Below, piece by piece: positions 9,547 to 17,317 of a stretch of DNA of 64,000 nucleotides. The notes below the pieces were generated by a model. That model was not told the origin of the DNA and searched no databases. It was given only the letters and a program-made list of their open reading frames with translations. Within the stretch, counting starts at the first letter, position 1, and each line of letters starts with the position of its first letter. Source of the DNA: an uncultured archaeon. Its GTDB lineage: Archaea; Nanobdellota; Nanobdellia; Woesearchaeales; CAIVOO01. The position numbers and the translations under genes are program-made. Location of the stretch: NCBI GenBank assembly GCA_963845175.1, contig CAWJRI010000016.1:6670-70669 (forward strand), in the 5' to 3' direction.

Positions 9547-9714
9547 ATGACAACCATCAAACGCAAATTGTACAAAAGAGGCTCGAGCTTCGAGACAACC
9601 ATTCCCATGCCTCTTCTATTTGCTTTAGACAAGTCAAAGAAGCACAATGTTCTCTTCAGTTACGACAGCAGGATAAACAAATGGTATATTGATTTTGAGG
9701 TGATGAAGAAATGA
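9547..9714 (+). CDS. small AbrB/SpoVT-like (swapped-hairpin) protein, 55 aa, absent from the ORF track
   Basis: ATG at 9547 translates to MTTIKRKLYKRGSSFETTIPMPLLFALDKSKKHNVLFSYDSRINKWYIDFEVMKK. KRGSSFETTIPMPLL resembles the AbrB-fold strand-turn-strand (compare KLISFGSSSYVISIPKAW in the PhoU-like ORF at 44510). Its TGA overlaps the ATG at 9711 (ATGA). Confidence 0.45.
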   Translation: MTTIKRKLYKRGSSFETTIPMPLLFALDKSKKHNVLFSYDSRINKWYIDFEVMKK

Positions 9715-10979
9715 AATTCGTAATGCACGGAGCTGCACAGGAAGTCGGAAGAAGCTGCATTGAAGTAAACACAAAAGGAACAAGATTCCTTCTTGATGCA
9801 GGCGTCAAAATCTCGCCTGACATTGATTATCCAACGCCAATAGAAAATCTCAAGGGCATTGACGTTGTTTTCATCTCGCATGCACACCTGGATCATTCGG
9901 GAATGCTTCCGATGTTCGACTATCAGGGTCTGAACTGCCCAATCATAGGCACAGCTGCGACAAGGGCAATAACATATGAGCTGTTAATAGATTCATACGA
10001 AATAGATAGGCTGAAGAAAAATCGTGTTGTCTACCAGAAGGCAGATGTGAGAAGGATTGCGCAGAGCATAAGAATCCATGGATTGAATGAATGGTACAAG
10101 TTCAAGAACATCAGATTCAAATTGTATGATGCAGGGCACATTCCCGGCTCAACATCTGTGATGGTTAACGCAGATAACAAGAACATTCTCTACACAGGCG
10201 ACATAAACACAGACCCGACTCTGCTTCTGAATCAGGCAGATACAAACTATGAGGAAGATGTTGACGTTCTAATTATTGACTCAACCTACGGCGACAGGGA
10301 CCATCCTGACAGAAAGAGCACAGAAGACGATTTTATCGCAACAGTCAGAGAAAAATTTGAGAAAGGCTCTGTGCTCGTGCCTGCATTCGCAGTCGGAAGG
10401 GCGCAGGAGCTGATGATTTTATTAAACAAAAAGAAGTTTGGGCTCCCTATTTATCTTGACGGCATGGCAAGAAGGGTTACAAAGGACCTGTTCAACTATC
10501 CAGATGATGTCAGGGACATTGGGGCGCTGAAAAATTCATTCCATAATTTGAAAGAAGTTCACGGGATGAGGGAAAGGGCAAACATAGTGAAGGAAAGGGC
10601 AGTCTTCATGACAACATCTGGAATGCTTGACGGCGGGCCTGTGATAGAATATCTGAAGCATTTCCATTTTGACCCTGACACATCAATTTTGCTTACAGGC
10701 TATCAGGCAGAGGGCTCAAATGGAAGGAACCTGCTGACCAGCAGGCACGTTAAATTAGACAACCAGAGAGTCACAGTGAAGAGTTTTGTGAAGCAGTTTG
10801 ACTTTTCAGCTCACGCAGGAATGACAGGATTGAGGAATCTCATAAAGAAAACAAATCCAAAGGCGCTTATTTTGAATCACGGCGATCCGCCGGCAATAGC
10901 TGCGCTGAAGGAATATGCAGAAAGCATCGGGATAAAGGCATATGCCCCGAAGCTTAATGATAAAATTGATGTAAGATGA
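9711..10979 (+). CDS. metallo-beta-lactamase / beta-CASP ribonuclease (aCPSF2-like, no KH domains)
   Basis: GAAQEVGRSCIEV, HAHLDHSG, YDAGHIPGS, FSAHAG and ILNHGDP motifs. 422 aa. Confidence 0.8.
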   Translation: MKFVMHGAAQEVGRSCIEVNTKGTRFLLDAGVKISPDIDYPTPIENLKGIDVVFISHAHLDHSGMLPMFDYQGLNCPIIGTAATRAITYELLIDSYEIDRLKKNRVVYQKADVRRIAQSIRIHGLNEWYKFKNIRFKLYDAGHIPGSTSVMVNADNKNILYTGDINTDPTLLLNQADTNYEEDVDVLIIDSTYGDRDHPDRKSTEDDFIATVREKFEKGSVLVPAFAVGRAQELMILLNKKKFGLPIYLDGMARRVTKDLFNYPDDVRDIGALKNSFHNLKEVHGMRERANIVKERAVFMTTSGMLDGGPVIEYLKHFHFDPDTSILLTGYQAEGSNGRNLLTSRHVKLDNQRVTVKSFVKQFDFSAHAGMTGLRNLIKKTNPKALILNHGDPPAIAALKEYAESIGIKAYAPKLNDKIDVR

Positions 10980-12991
10980 AAAAAATAATTTATGCACTGC
11001 TGATGCTGTTGACATTAGCTACGGCATTGGCAGACGTGCCGAATCCAGGGCATTCAGCCAACCAAGTCGGTCCAGGAACATTTCCCGCAGGCAATTATTC
11101 CATGCAGTCAGGTTACGGCTTGTACTGGGGTAATTCTGTAAATACAAACCAGCACATAAATGAATACAGCGGCGACCTCTGGATTGGAAGAGCATCTCCA
11201 GGAGCCTGGCTGAAGCTTGACAAGAATGGAAACATCGGCATAGGGACACCGAATCCAGCTCAAACTCTTGACATATCAAGCACTGGAGGAGAAACGGGGA
11301 TACAGATTACAAACAAAGGAACAACAGGAACAAGAACTCCTTTGATTCGTTTTGCAAAGGGCACAGCAGATAAATGGGGTTTGCTTACAGGCGACTCGGG
11401 TGACGGATTAGATGATAAATTCTACATCTGGAACTACATAAATTCTCCAGCAGGTGTTGCACAGATGACATTTGACACGAATGGCGACGTTGAAGTTGCC
11501 GGCAAAGTAATGGCAAATGCATTCTGCATCGCAGGAGCATCCCCTGAGTGTACAACCAGTTGGACAACCGGCGGAGGCTTCTGGACAAGGTCAGGAGCTA
11601 CTCTTAGTCCAGCCACTGCGGACGACAGCGTCGCAGTTGTCAGAAACAATGGCAATCAAATAAGCTTGAGAACCACTTCACAGATGTGGGACTTGGATGT
11701 AAATGCAAATGATAATTATTTTAAAATTCGTGACATGAGCATTTCAGGCGGACCAGCTCGGCTGGTTATTGATAAGTCAGGCAACGTCGGGATTGGAACA
11801 ACGCCGGGAGCGACATTGGACATTGCTGGTTCAAATGTTGCAACAGAAACAACCCCACACCTGAAATGGGGTTATGGCGGTTATTTCAAATCCTGGGCAG
11901 AGACCGGTGCCCTAAATCTTATAGGTTTTGTTTCTGATAGTTCAAATTGGAATATGTACATTGGCTTAAAAGGCGGGCAATCAAGTTACGGCTACGGCAA
12001 ATTAATTTTTAGGACAGGCACAAGTTCGTCCTATGCTGACAGAATGACAATTGACCAGAACGGCAACGTCGGCATCGGCACAACGAATCCGCAGGCAAAG
12101 CTTGATGTGCGTGATACAGCGCGTGCGATGGCATCAGCACTTGATTTATACAAAGATGGCACTCAAATAAGAGAATTTGACAGTTTAGGTGTTCAGCACT
12201 TTTACTGGTGGCTGGATGTGGCAAATAATCAACTGCTGCTAAAAGGCGCGCCATCATCGAATGTTATTGCAAGCTTTAACAACAACGGCAACGTCGGCAT
12301 CGGCACGGCATCTTCGTATAAAGATGCAGATGTCCAAATAGGCAGCGTCAGAAAAATTGTATTGGGAAATACTGGTGGAAATCATGTTCCTTTTTATGGC
12401 GAATATATAGGATTTCATACGGCCATAAATTTGGATGATGCGCACTTTATAAAACTTGCAGGGGGCACTGCAACAGGTGGCGACCAATACGGCGGCGGAC
12501 TTATCGGGACGGATTATGTTGGAAACATGTATTTTTACGCATTTAATACCGCCGACAACGTTAATCAAGTAGATGTTGGAGCAATTTCACCTCGTGTTAC
12601 AATCACAAATACAGGCAACGTCGGCATCGGCACATTGAGTCCTGGAGAAAAACTAGATGTAAATGGTAATATTAGAGCAACAGGCACTATTACTCCTTCG
12701 GATGAAAGGCTAAAAACAGACATCAAACCGATATCTAATGTCTTGGATAAATTGTTGCAGCTTAACGGGGTATCTTTTGTATGGAAGAATGACGAGACAA
12801 AAAAACAAAACATAGGACTGATTGCCCAGGATGTAGAAAAAGAATTCCCTGAAGTAGTTTCCACAAGTGAAGACGGCTACAAAGGAATTGATTATAGCAA
12901 ACTAACACCTATTCTGATTGAAGCAGTCAAAGAACTCAAAGCAGAAAACGACGCCCTAAAGCAAAGAGTGGAAGCACTGGAAGCAAAATGA
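10976..12991 (+). CDS. secreted fibre-like protein with GNVGIGT repeats and a C-terminal S74-type intramolecular chaperone domain (paralog 2)
   Basis: Signal peptide. The N-terminal module PNPGHSANQVGPGTFPAGNYS..GYGLYWGN is paralogous to the 7198 ORF. Five GN(V/I)GIGT repeats. The C-terminus is TPSDERLKTDIKPI...LNGVSFVWK...GLIAQDVEKEFPEVV...IDYSKL plus a coiled coil. Its ATG overlaps the upstream stop (ATGA). Confidence 0.75.
   Translation: MKKIIYALLMLLTLATALADVPNPGHSANQVGPGTFPAGNYSMQSGYGLYWGNSVNTNQHINEYSGDLWIGRASPGAWLKLDKNGNIGIGTPNPAQTLDISSTGGETGIQITNKGTTGTRTPLIRFAKGTADKWGLLTGDSGDGLDDKFYIWNYINSPAGVAQMTFDTNGDVEVAGKVMANAFCIAGASPECTTSWTTGGGFWTRSGATLSPATADDSVAVVRNNGNQISLRTTSQMWDLDVNANDNYFKIRDMSISGGPARLVIDKSGNVGIGTTPGATLDIAGSNVATETTPHLKWGYGGYFKSWAETGALNLIGFVSDSSNWNMYIGLKGGQSSYGYGKLIFRTGTSSSYADRMTIDQNGNVGIGTTNPQAKLDVRDTARAMASALDLYKDGTQIREFDSLGVQHFYWWLDVANNQLLLKGAPSSNVIASFNNNGNVGIGTASSYKDADVQIGSVRKIVLGNTGGNHVPFYGEYIGFHTAINLDDAHFIKLAGGTATGGDQYGGGLIGTDYVGNMYFYAFNTADNVNQVDVGAISPRVTITNTGNVGIGTLSPGEKLDVNGNIRATGTITPSDERLKTDIKPISNVLDKLLQLNGVSFVWKNDETKKQNIGLIAQDVEKEFPEVVSTSEDGYKGIDYSKLTPILIEAVKELKAENDALKQRVEALEAK
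11228..12634 (+). repeat. in-frame dispersed repeat, core ggcaacgtcggcatcggcac (encodes GNVGIGT)
   Basis: Copies at 11228 (diverged), 11780 (diverged), 12062 (exact), 12287 (exact) and 12614 (exact). Confidence 0.8.
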
Positions 12992-13317
12992 AAGACAAAC
13001 TAAGAGACGCAATCAAGAACTGGAATTATGACGAATTGAGAAGGTTCGAGAAAGAGATAGGGATGGGAGGCAGGGAAATTAAGAAAATAATCTGGGAGAA
13101 GATGCAGGAGCTGGACAACAGCACGAAGTTCTGCACAACCTGCTTCGCAGAGCTGGAGCCCCGCGAAACAGCCTATACATTGATATTTGGACCGGAAGAT
13201 TTTAAAAAGAAAGCGTCTTTCTGCGCTGTTGATTGCCTTCAATACTTCCTGAGCCACATAAGGGAGCTGGAGAAGATCAAGAGGAAGACAAGGTCAAAAA
13301 ATGATGCAAATCGCTGA
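12988..13317 (+). CDS. small protein with TRASH/zinc-ribbon-like Cys motif
   Basis: 109 aa. FCTTC...(26 aa)...FCAVDC gives a C-x2-C...C-x3-C arrangement. Basic C-terminal tail. ATGA overlap with the fibre gene stop. Confidence 0.4.
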   Translation: MKDKLRDAIKNWNYDELRRFEKEIGMGGREIKKIIWEKMQELDNSTKFCTTCFAELEPRETAYTLIFGPEDFKKKASFCAVDCLQYFLSHIRELEKIKRKTRSKNDANR

Positions 13318-13349
13318 TTTGCGCATTTTAACTCATGAGGTTCGTTAAA

Positions 13350-13733
13350 ATGAAAAGGATTAGCCTGCTGCTGTTGCTGCTGCTTACCGGATGCAGCTCA
13401 TTCATAACAGCAGGAACAGTTCTTGATGTCCCGAATGCAGAGGCAAAACTTGCCTGCACAAACGACGTTAAGATAGCTCTGATTGAAAATACAAATTCCT
13501 GCTATGACTCAAATTCAATCAGAATTGCAGTTGAAAACAACGGAATCGATGTTGCCGGGCTGATTGTGAACAACATAACAATAGAAAAGCCAATCAAGAA
13601 AGGCGGAATTCTTATTGAAAAAATCAACTACAGTAATTTTGATGGAAACCTTGAGATAAAGCCAATACTTAAGCTGGACAACAGGGAGTTTGCCTGCAGC
13701 AATTCTTTGGATAAAACAATTGAAAAGTGCTAG
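13350..13733 (+). CDS. hypothetical lipoprotein
   Basis: MKRISLLLLLLLTGCSS (lipobox LTGC) from the ATG at 13350. No family recognised. Confidence 0.5.
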   Translation: MKRISLLLLLLLTGCSSFITAGTVLDVPNAEAKLACTNDVKIALIENTNSCYDSNSIRIAVENNGIDVAGLIVNNITIEKPIKKGGILIEKINYSNFDGNLEIKPILKLDNREFACSNSLDKTIEKC

Positions 13734-13763
13734 TTTTATAAATTTTTCTGTCTAATAAACTGC

Positions 13764-15419
13764 ATGAAAGACGATTTTTTCAGCGAATTGATTGGAAAGA
13801 TAAAATCAGGGAATCCTGACAAGCAGCAGCTCCACTATTTGAAGACAGAGCTCTGCAAGAAGCACAAAATAAATGAAATACCAACTGACATAGAAATCCT
13901 GACGCATGCTGAAAACAAGGACCTTCCGCTTCTTCAAAAAAAAATACTGACAAAGCCAACGCGGACAATATCAGGCGTAGCTGTTGTGGCTGTGATGACA
14001 AAGCCGTTCAAATGCCCGCACGGGAAATGCATATACTGCCCCGGCGGAATCAACTCCGAGTTCGGCACAGTTCCCCAGAGCTACACAGGAAATGAGCCAG
14101 CTACAATGAGGGCAATCAGGGCAGATTATGACCCTTACATGCAGGTGTTCAACAGATTAGAACAGTATATTGTTATGGGGCACAATCCTGAAAAGGTTGA
14201 ACTGATTGTGATGGGCGGGACATTCCCAAGCTTTCCAAAAACCTACAAGAACGACTTCATAAAATACTTGTTCAAGGCAATGAATGATTTCTCTAAACAG
14301 TTCTACAAAAATGAAAATTTTGATTTCATGAAGTTCAAGAAATTCTTTGAACTGCCTGGCAAAGTCGGAGACAAGGAAAGGACAAGAAAGATACAAGCCA
14401 GATTAAAGAAATTAAAAGGCAAGTGCAGCTTGGAATCCGAGCAAAAAACAAATGAAAAATCAAAAATAAGATGCGTCGGGCTGACAATAGAGACAAGGCC
14501 CGATTACGCAAATCTTGAGCTGGCAAATGAGATGCTTTCATTTGGCTGCACAAGGGTAGAGCTTGGCGTACAGTCTGTTTTTGATGATGTCCTGAAAAAA
14601 GTTGAAAGAGGGCATGATGTTAAAACCACGATTGAAGCGACAAAAACATTGAAGGATTTAGGATTCAAGATAAACTACCACTACATGCTTGGGCTTCCCG
14701 GCTCAAGCGAGAAGCGGGATTTGGAGGGATTTAAGAAGCTTTTCTCAGACGAGAACTTCAAGCCGGACATGCTTAAAATCTATCCGTGCATGGTGATGAA
14801 GGGCACAAAGCTTTATGATTTGTGGAAAGACGGAAAATACACGGCATTAACGACAGAAAGGGCTGCAAAGATAATAACTGAATTCAAGAAAATTGTGCCT
14901 GAGTACTGCAGAATCATGCGAGTGCAGAGGGATATTCCGACAAAAATTTCAGCAGCAGGTGTTGGGATGAATAATTTGAGGCAGTTGATCAAGAGCAGGG
15001 GAGTTAAGTGCAGGTGCATAAGATGCAGGGAAATAAGGAACGAAAAGATTGACAATTATGCAATCAACGTCTACAGGTACAAGGCGTCTGGAGGAGAGGA
15101 ATTATTCATAGCAGCTGAAAACAATGTCCTGCTTGGCTTTTGCCGCCTAAGATTCCCGTCTCAAACATTAAGAAAGGAAATAACAAAAGACTCTGCAATC
15201 ATCCGGGAACTGCATGTCTACGGCTCAGCAGCAGGCATCGGAGAAGAGGGAGCTGTCCAGCACAAGGGAATCGGAAAAAGATTATTGGAAATGGCAGAGA
15301 GAATGGCTTATCTCAACAGCAGGAATAAAATTGTTGTCATCTCTGGCATCGGCGTGAGGGAATATTACAATAAACTCGGCTACAAGAAAGAAGGGGTTTA
15401 TATGGTTAAATCTAATTGA
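13764..15419 (+). CDS. elp3: Elp3-type tRNA uridine(34) modification enzyme (radical SAM + GNAT)
   Basis: PFKCPHGKCIYCPGG cluster motif, a radical-SAM core, and a C-terminal acetyltransferase region (HKGIGKRLLEMAE). 551 aa. Confidence 0.9.
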   Translation: MKDDFFSELIGKIKSGNPDKQQLHYLKTELCKKHKINEIPTDIEILTHAENKDLPLLQKKILTKPTRTISGVAVVAVMTKPFKCPHGKCIYCPGGINSEFGTVPQSYTGNEPATMRAIRADYDPYMQVFNRLEQYIVMGHNPEKVELIVMGGTFPSFPKTYKNDFIKYLFKAMNDFSKQFYKNENFDFMKFKKFFELPGKVGDKERTRKIQARLKKLKGKCSLESEQKTNEKSKIRCVGLTIETRPDYANLELANEMLSFGCTRVELGVQSVFDDVLKKVERGHDVKTTIEATKTLKDLGFKINYHYMLGLPGSSEKRDLEGFKKLFSDENFKPDMLKIYPCMVMKGTKLYDLWKDGKYTALTTERAAKIITEFKKIVPEYCRIMRVQRDIPTKISAAGVGMNNLRQLIKSRGVKCRCIRCREIRNEKIDNYAINVYRYKASGGEELFIAAENNVLLGFCRLRFPSQTLRKEITKDSAIIRELHVYGSAAGIGEEGAVQHKGIGKRLLEMAERMAYLNSRNKIVVISGIGVREYYNKLGYKKEGVYMVKSN

Positions 15420-15963
15420 TAAAAATATTGTGCTTCTCTTCGCCAGCCAGTTCGTCAAGAATTCGCTTCACCACAATCTTTTTGGGGTCAGGCATTAATC
15501 TTACTCTTTTCTTGATGTCTTCGAATGACTCAAACAGCTTTTCCTTTCTTGCCTCAAGTATCTCCCACATGTGCTTCTTGCCCAGTCCAGGCAGTAATTC
15601 CAGCTGGTGCATCCTTGTTGTCAGTGGCTGCGCCTTGTTGAAGAATTCAACGAACCTTTTCTCATCCTTTTCAACAGCGTCCTTCACAAATGCCTCAAGC
15701 TCTGACTTTGCTGTCTGCGTCAGCTTTGTTGAGGGAATTTTTCCGACAATATGATGTATTTTATCCCGCTTGCCCTCACCAATGTAAACCTCCTCGCGCG
15801 GCTGAAGAAAAATATCCTTTTTCGGCACAAGTTCGAGCAATGAGAAGAATTTTTTTCCTATGGCTTGGGCTATGGGAGTCTTCCTGAACATCGGCCTTGT
15901 GTCAAAGGCGTAGCCGTTTGGCAGGAAATCCAATACAACTGCGTATTCTTCTTTGTCTTCCAT
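15412..15963 (-). CDS. DUF655-family RNA-binding protein
   Basis: EEYAVVLDFLPNGY...PIAQAIG..FFSLLELVPK is typical of archaeal DUF655. Lies downstream of rpo4 as in the conserved eL21-rpoF-DUF655 cluster. Confidence 0.75.
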   Translation of the reverse strand: MEDKEEYAVVLDFLPNGYAFDTRPMFRKTPIAQAIGKKFFSLLELVPKKDIFLQPREEVYIGEGKRDKIHHIVGKIPSTKLTQTAKSELEAFVKDAVEKDEKRFVEFFNKAQPLTTRMHQLELLPGLGKKHMWEILEARKEKLFESFEDIKKRVRLMPDPKKIVVKRILDELAGEEKHNIFIN

Positions 15964-15976
15964 ATTAGCTCAAGCT

Positions 15977-16309
15977 TCATTCTTTCACTATATTCACTAT
16001 TTTGCTTAAATTTTCATTGCTCACTGTCAGTGTATAGCCCTGAAGTATGATTTTCAACTCATCAACTGTCTTTGGCATTAGGTCAACAATCTTTATGATT
16101 TGCTCAGGTTTCATTCTTGGGATATTTAGCTCCTCAATCTTCTTGGCAAGCTCACTGCTGTTCTTGCTTAGCGGAAGCGTCTGAAGAAAATCATGCGTTC
16201 TTCCGCTCCTGAATGTCAGCTCTGTGTTCTTCTCTTTTATCTTGTCAAGCTTTTCCTTCACTTCAGCCAGTGATAGCGGCGTTTCTGAAATTATTTCCAG
16301 TTTTGTCAT
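15977..16309 (-). CDS. rpo4: DNA-directed RNA polymerase subunit Rpo4 (RpoF)
   Basis: 110 aa and helical. Has the LSLAEVKEKL...KPEQIIKIVDLMPKT pattern. Sits between eL21 and DUF655. Confidence 0.75.
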   Translation of the reverse strand: MTKLEIISETPLSLAEVKEKLDKIKEKNTELTFRSGRTHDFLQTLPLSKNSSELAKKIEELNIPRMKPEQIIKIVDLMPKTVDELKIILQGYTLTVSNENLSKIVNIVKE

Positions 16310-16310
16310 G

Positions 16311-16601
16311 CTAGCACCTTCTTAGATGGACAGGATGAACAATCAGCTTTTTAAGCTTCCCGCCATCTTTTATCATAACCTCATAGCACTTCCCTTTTTT
16401 TCCGCTCACAACACCGACTTTGTTGTGAAACCTAAGATTATAAAGGCCCTTTTGGTATGCTGGCTCAGCCTTCAATGAGACACTGTCGCCTTTCTTGAAT
16501 TCCTGGAAGTATTTTGTAAGGCTAATCTTGCCTCTGGTCCTGAAACTTTTCTTCATCTTCTTCCTGGACCTTTTCCTACTTCCTGCTAGTCTTGTTACCA
16601 T
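16311..16601 (-). CDS. rpl21e: 50S ribosomal protein eL21
   Basis: GDSVSLKAEPAYQKGLYNLRFHNKVGVV...VHPVHLR. 96 aa. Confidence 0.9.
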   Translation of the reverse strand: MVTRLAGSRKRSRKKMKKSFRTRGKISLTKYFQEFKKGDSVSLKAEPAYQKGLYNLRFHNKVGVVSGKKGKCYEVMIKDGGKLKKLIVHPVHLRRC

Positions 16602-16773
16602 ATTAAACCACCTTTCAAATCAAGATTAAGCGTTATTTAAAAAGCTTTCTATATAAAAATCATATATGAGCAGTTATTGACACCACTCGGGAGAAATATA
16701 TCTTTTGTTAAAAACGAAATATTTATATATTTGTAAGGATTATTTTTTAGTAAAGCTTCTAGGAGGGCTGAAA

Positions 16774-17169
16774 ATGGGAGTGTTCAAGAAAATTAAGAAT
16801 TCACTAAAGCGCGGTTTTGGTTCTGATGATTATGATGTACCAATAGAAAGCGAGGACTATGTCCACGTAACACCCGAGCAGGATGATGGCAGGGCAAAAA
16901 TTGTTGTAAGGCCATTTATGCTTGAGGATTTTGAGGATATAAAGCCAGTTATTGATTCTTTGAGAGAAGGTTATACAATCGCTTTAATCAATATAAGGCC
17001 TCTGAGAGACAGGGATTTAATAGAACTTAAGAGGGCAATCAACAAACTGAAGAAGACATGCGACGCTGTTGAAGGCGACATCGCAGGCTTCGGAGAGGAC
17101 TGGGTTGCTGTCGTCCCTTCGTTCGCGTCAATCTATAGGGAAGCGAAGATAAGCAACGACAATATTTGA
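16774..17169 (+). CDS. sepF: cell division protein SepF homolog
   Basis: ATG at 16774 is preceded by AGGAGGG. KIVVRPFMLEDFEDIKPVIDSLREGYTIALINI...AINKLKKTCDAVEGDIAGFGEDWVAVVP matches the SepF/DUF552 core. ftsZ is present in the same window. Confidence 0.75.
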   Translation: MGVFKKIKNSLKRGFGSDDYDVPIESEDYVHVTPEQDDGRAKIVVRPFMLEDFEDIKPVIDSLREGYTIALINIRPLRDRDLIELKRAINKLKKTCDAVEGDIAGFGEDWVAVVPSFASIYREAKISNDNI

Positions 17170-17317
17170 TTTTTTAATTAGAATTTCTGGTTTTTAACTG
17201 AAACTATAGATAAGGTTATTCGATTTTTAAGTGAAATCACAGGCAACACTGTTTGTTTTTAAAATTTTCTAAAAACAACAAGATTTATAAATTTCATTTT
17301 ACTATATCCTTCCCGAC

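Noticed and set aside
7654-12634. Regularly recurring ~20-nt exact repeats that superficially resemble a CRISPR array
   Set aside because: The spacing is irregular (about 200-470 nt). Every copy is in-frame within two long ORFs and encodes the same GNVGIGT peptide. No leader or cas genes are present. It is a coding repeat, not CRISPR.
7198-12991. Possible prophage remnant, suggested by tail-fibre-like proteins with an S74 chaperone domain
   Set aside because: No capsid, portal, terminase, integrase or att-like repeats are seen. The flanks are dtdA and elp3 housekeeping genes, and both fibres have cellular-type signal peptides. They are kept as cellular surface proteins, with possible viral ancestry of the S74 domain noted in the findings.
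16705-16773. N-terminal extension of the SepF ORF (MLKTKYLYICKDYFLVKLLGGLK)
   Set aside because: The region contains the likely TATA box (atttatatatt) and an AGGAGGG Shine-Dalgarno directly before the ATG at 16774. The SepF homology starts after that ATG.
17191-17237. Imperfect direct repeat tttttaactgaaac / tttttaagtgaaat, 33 nt apart, upstream of the ZPR1 gene
   Set aside because: It is only a 12/14 match in a very AT-rich spacer, easily produced by chance, and I found no third copy.
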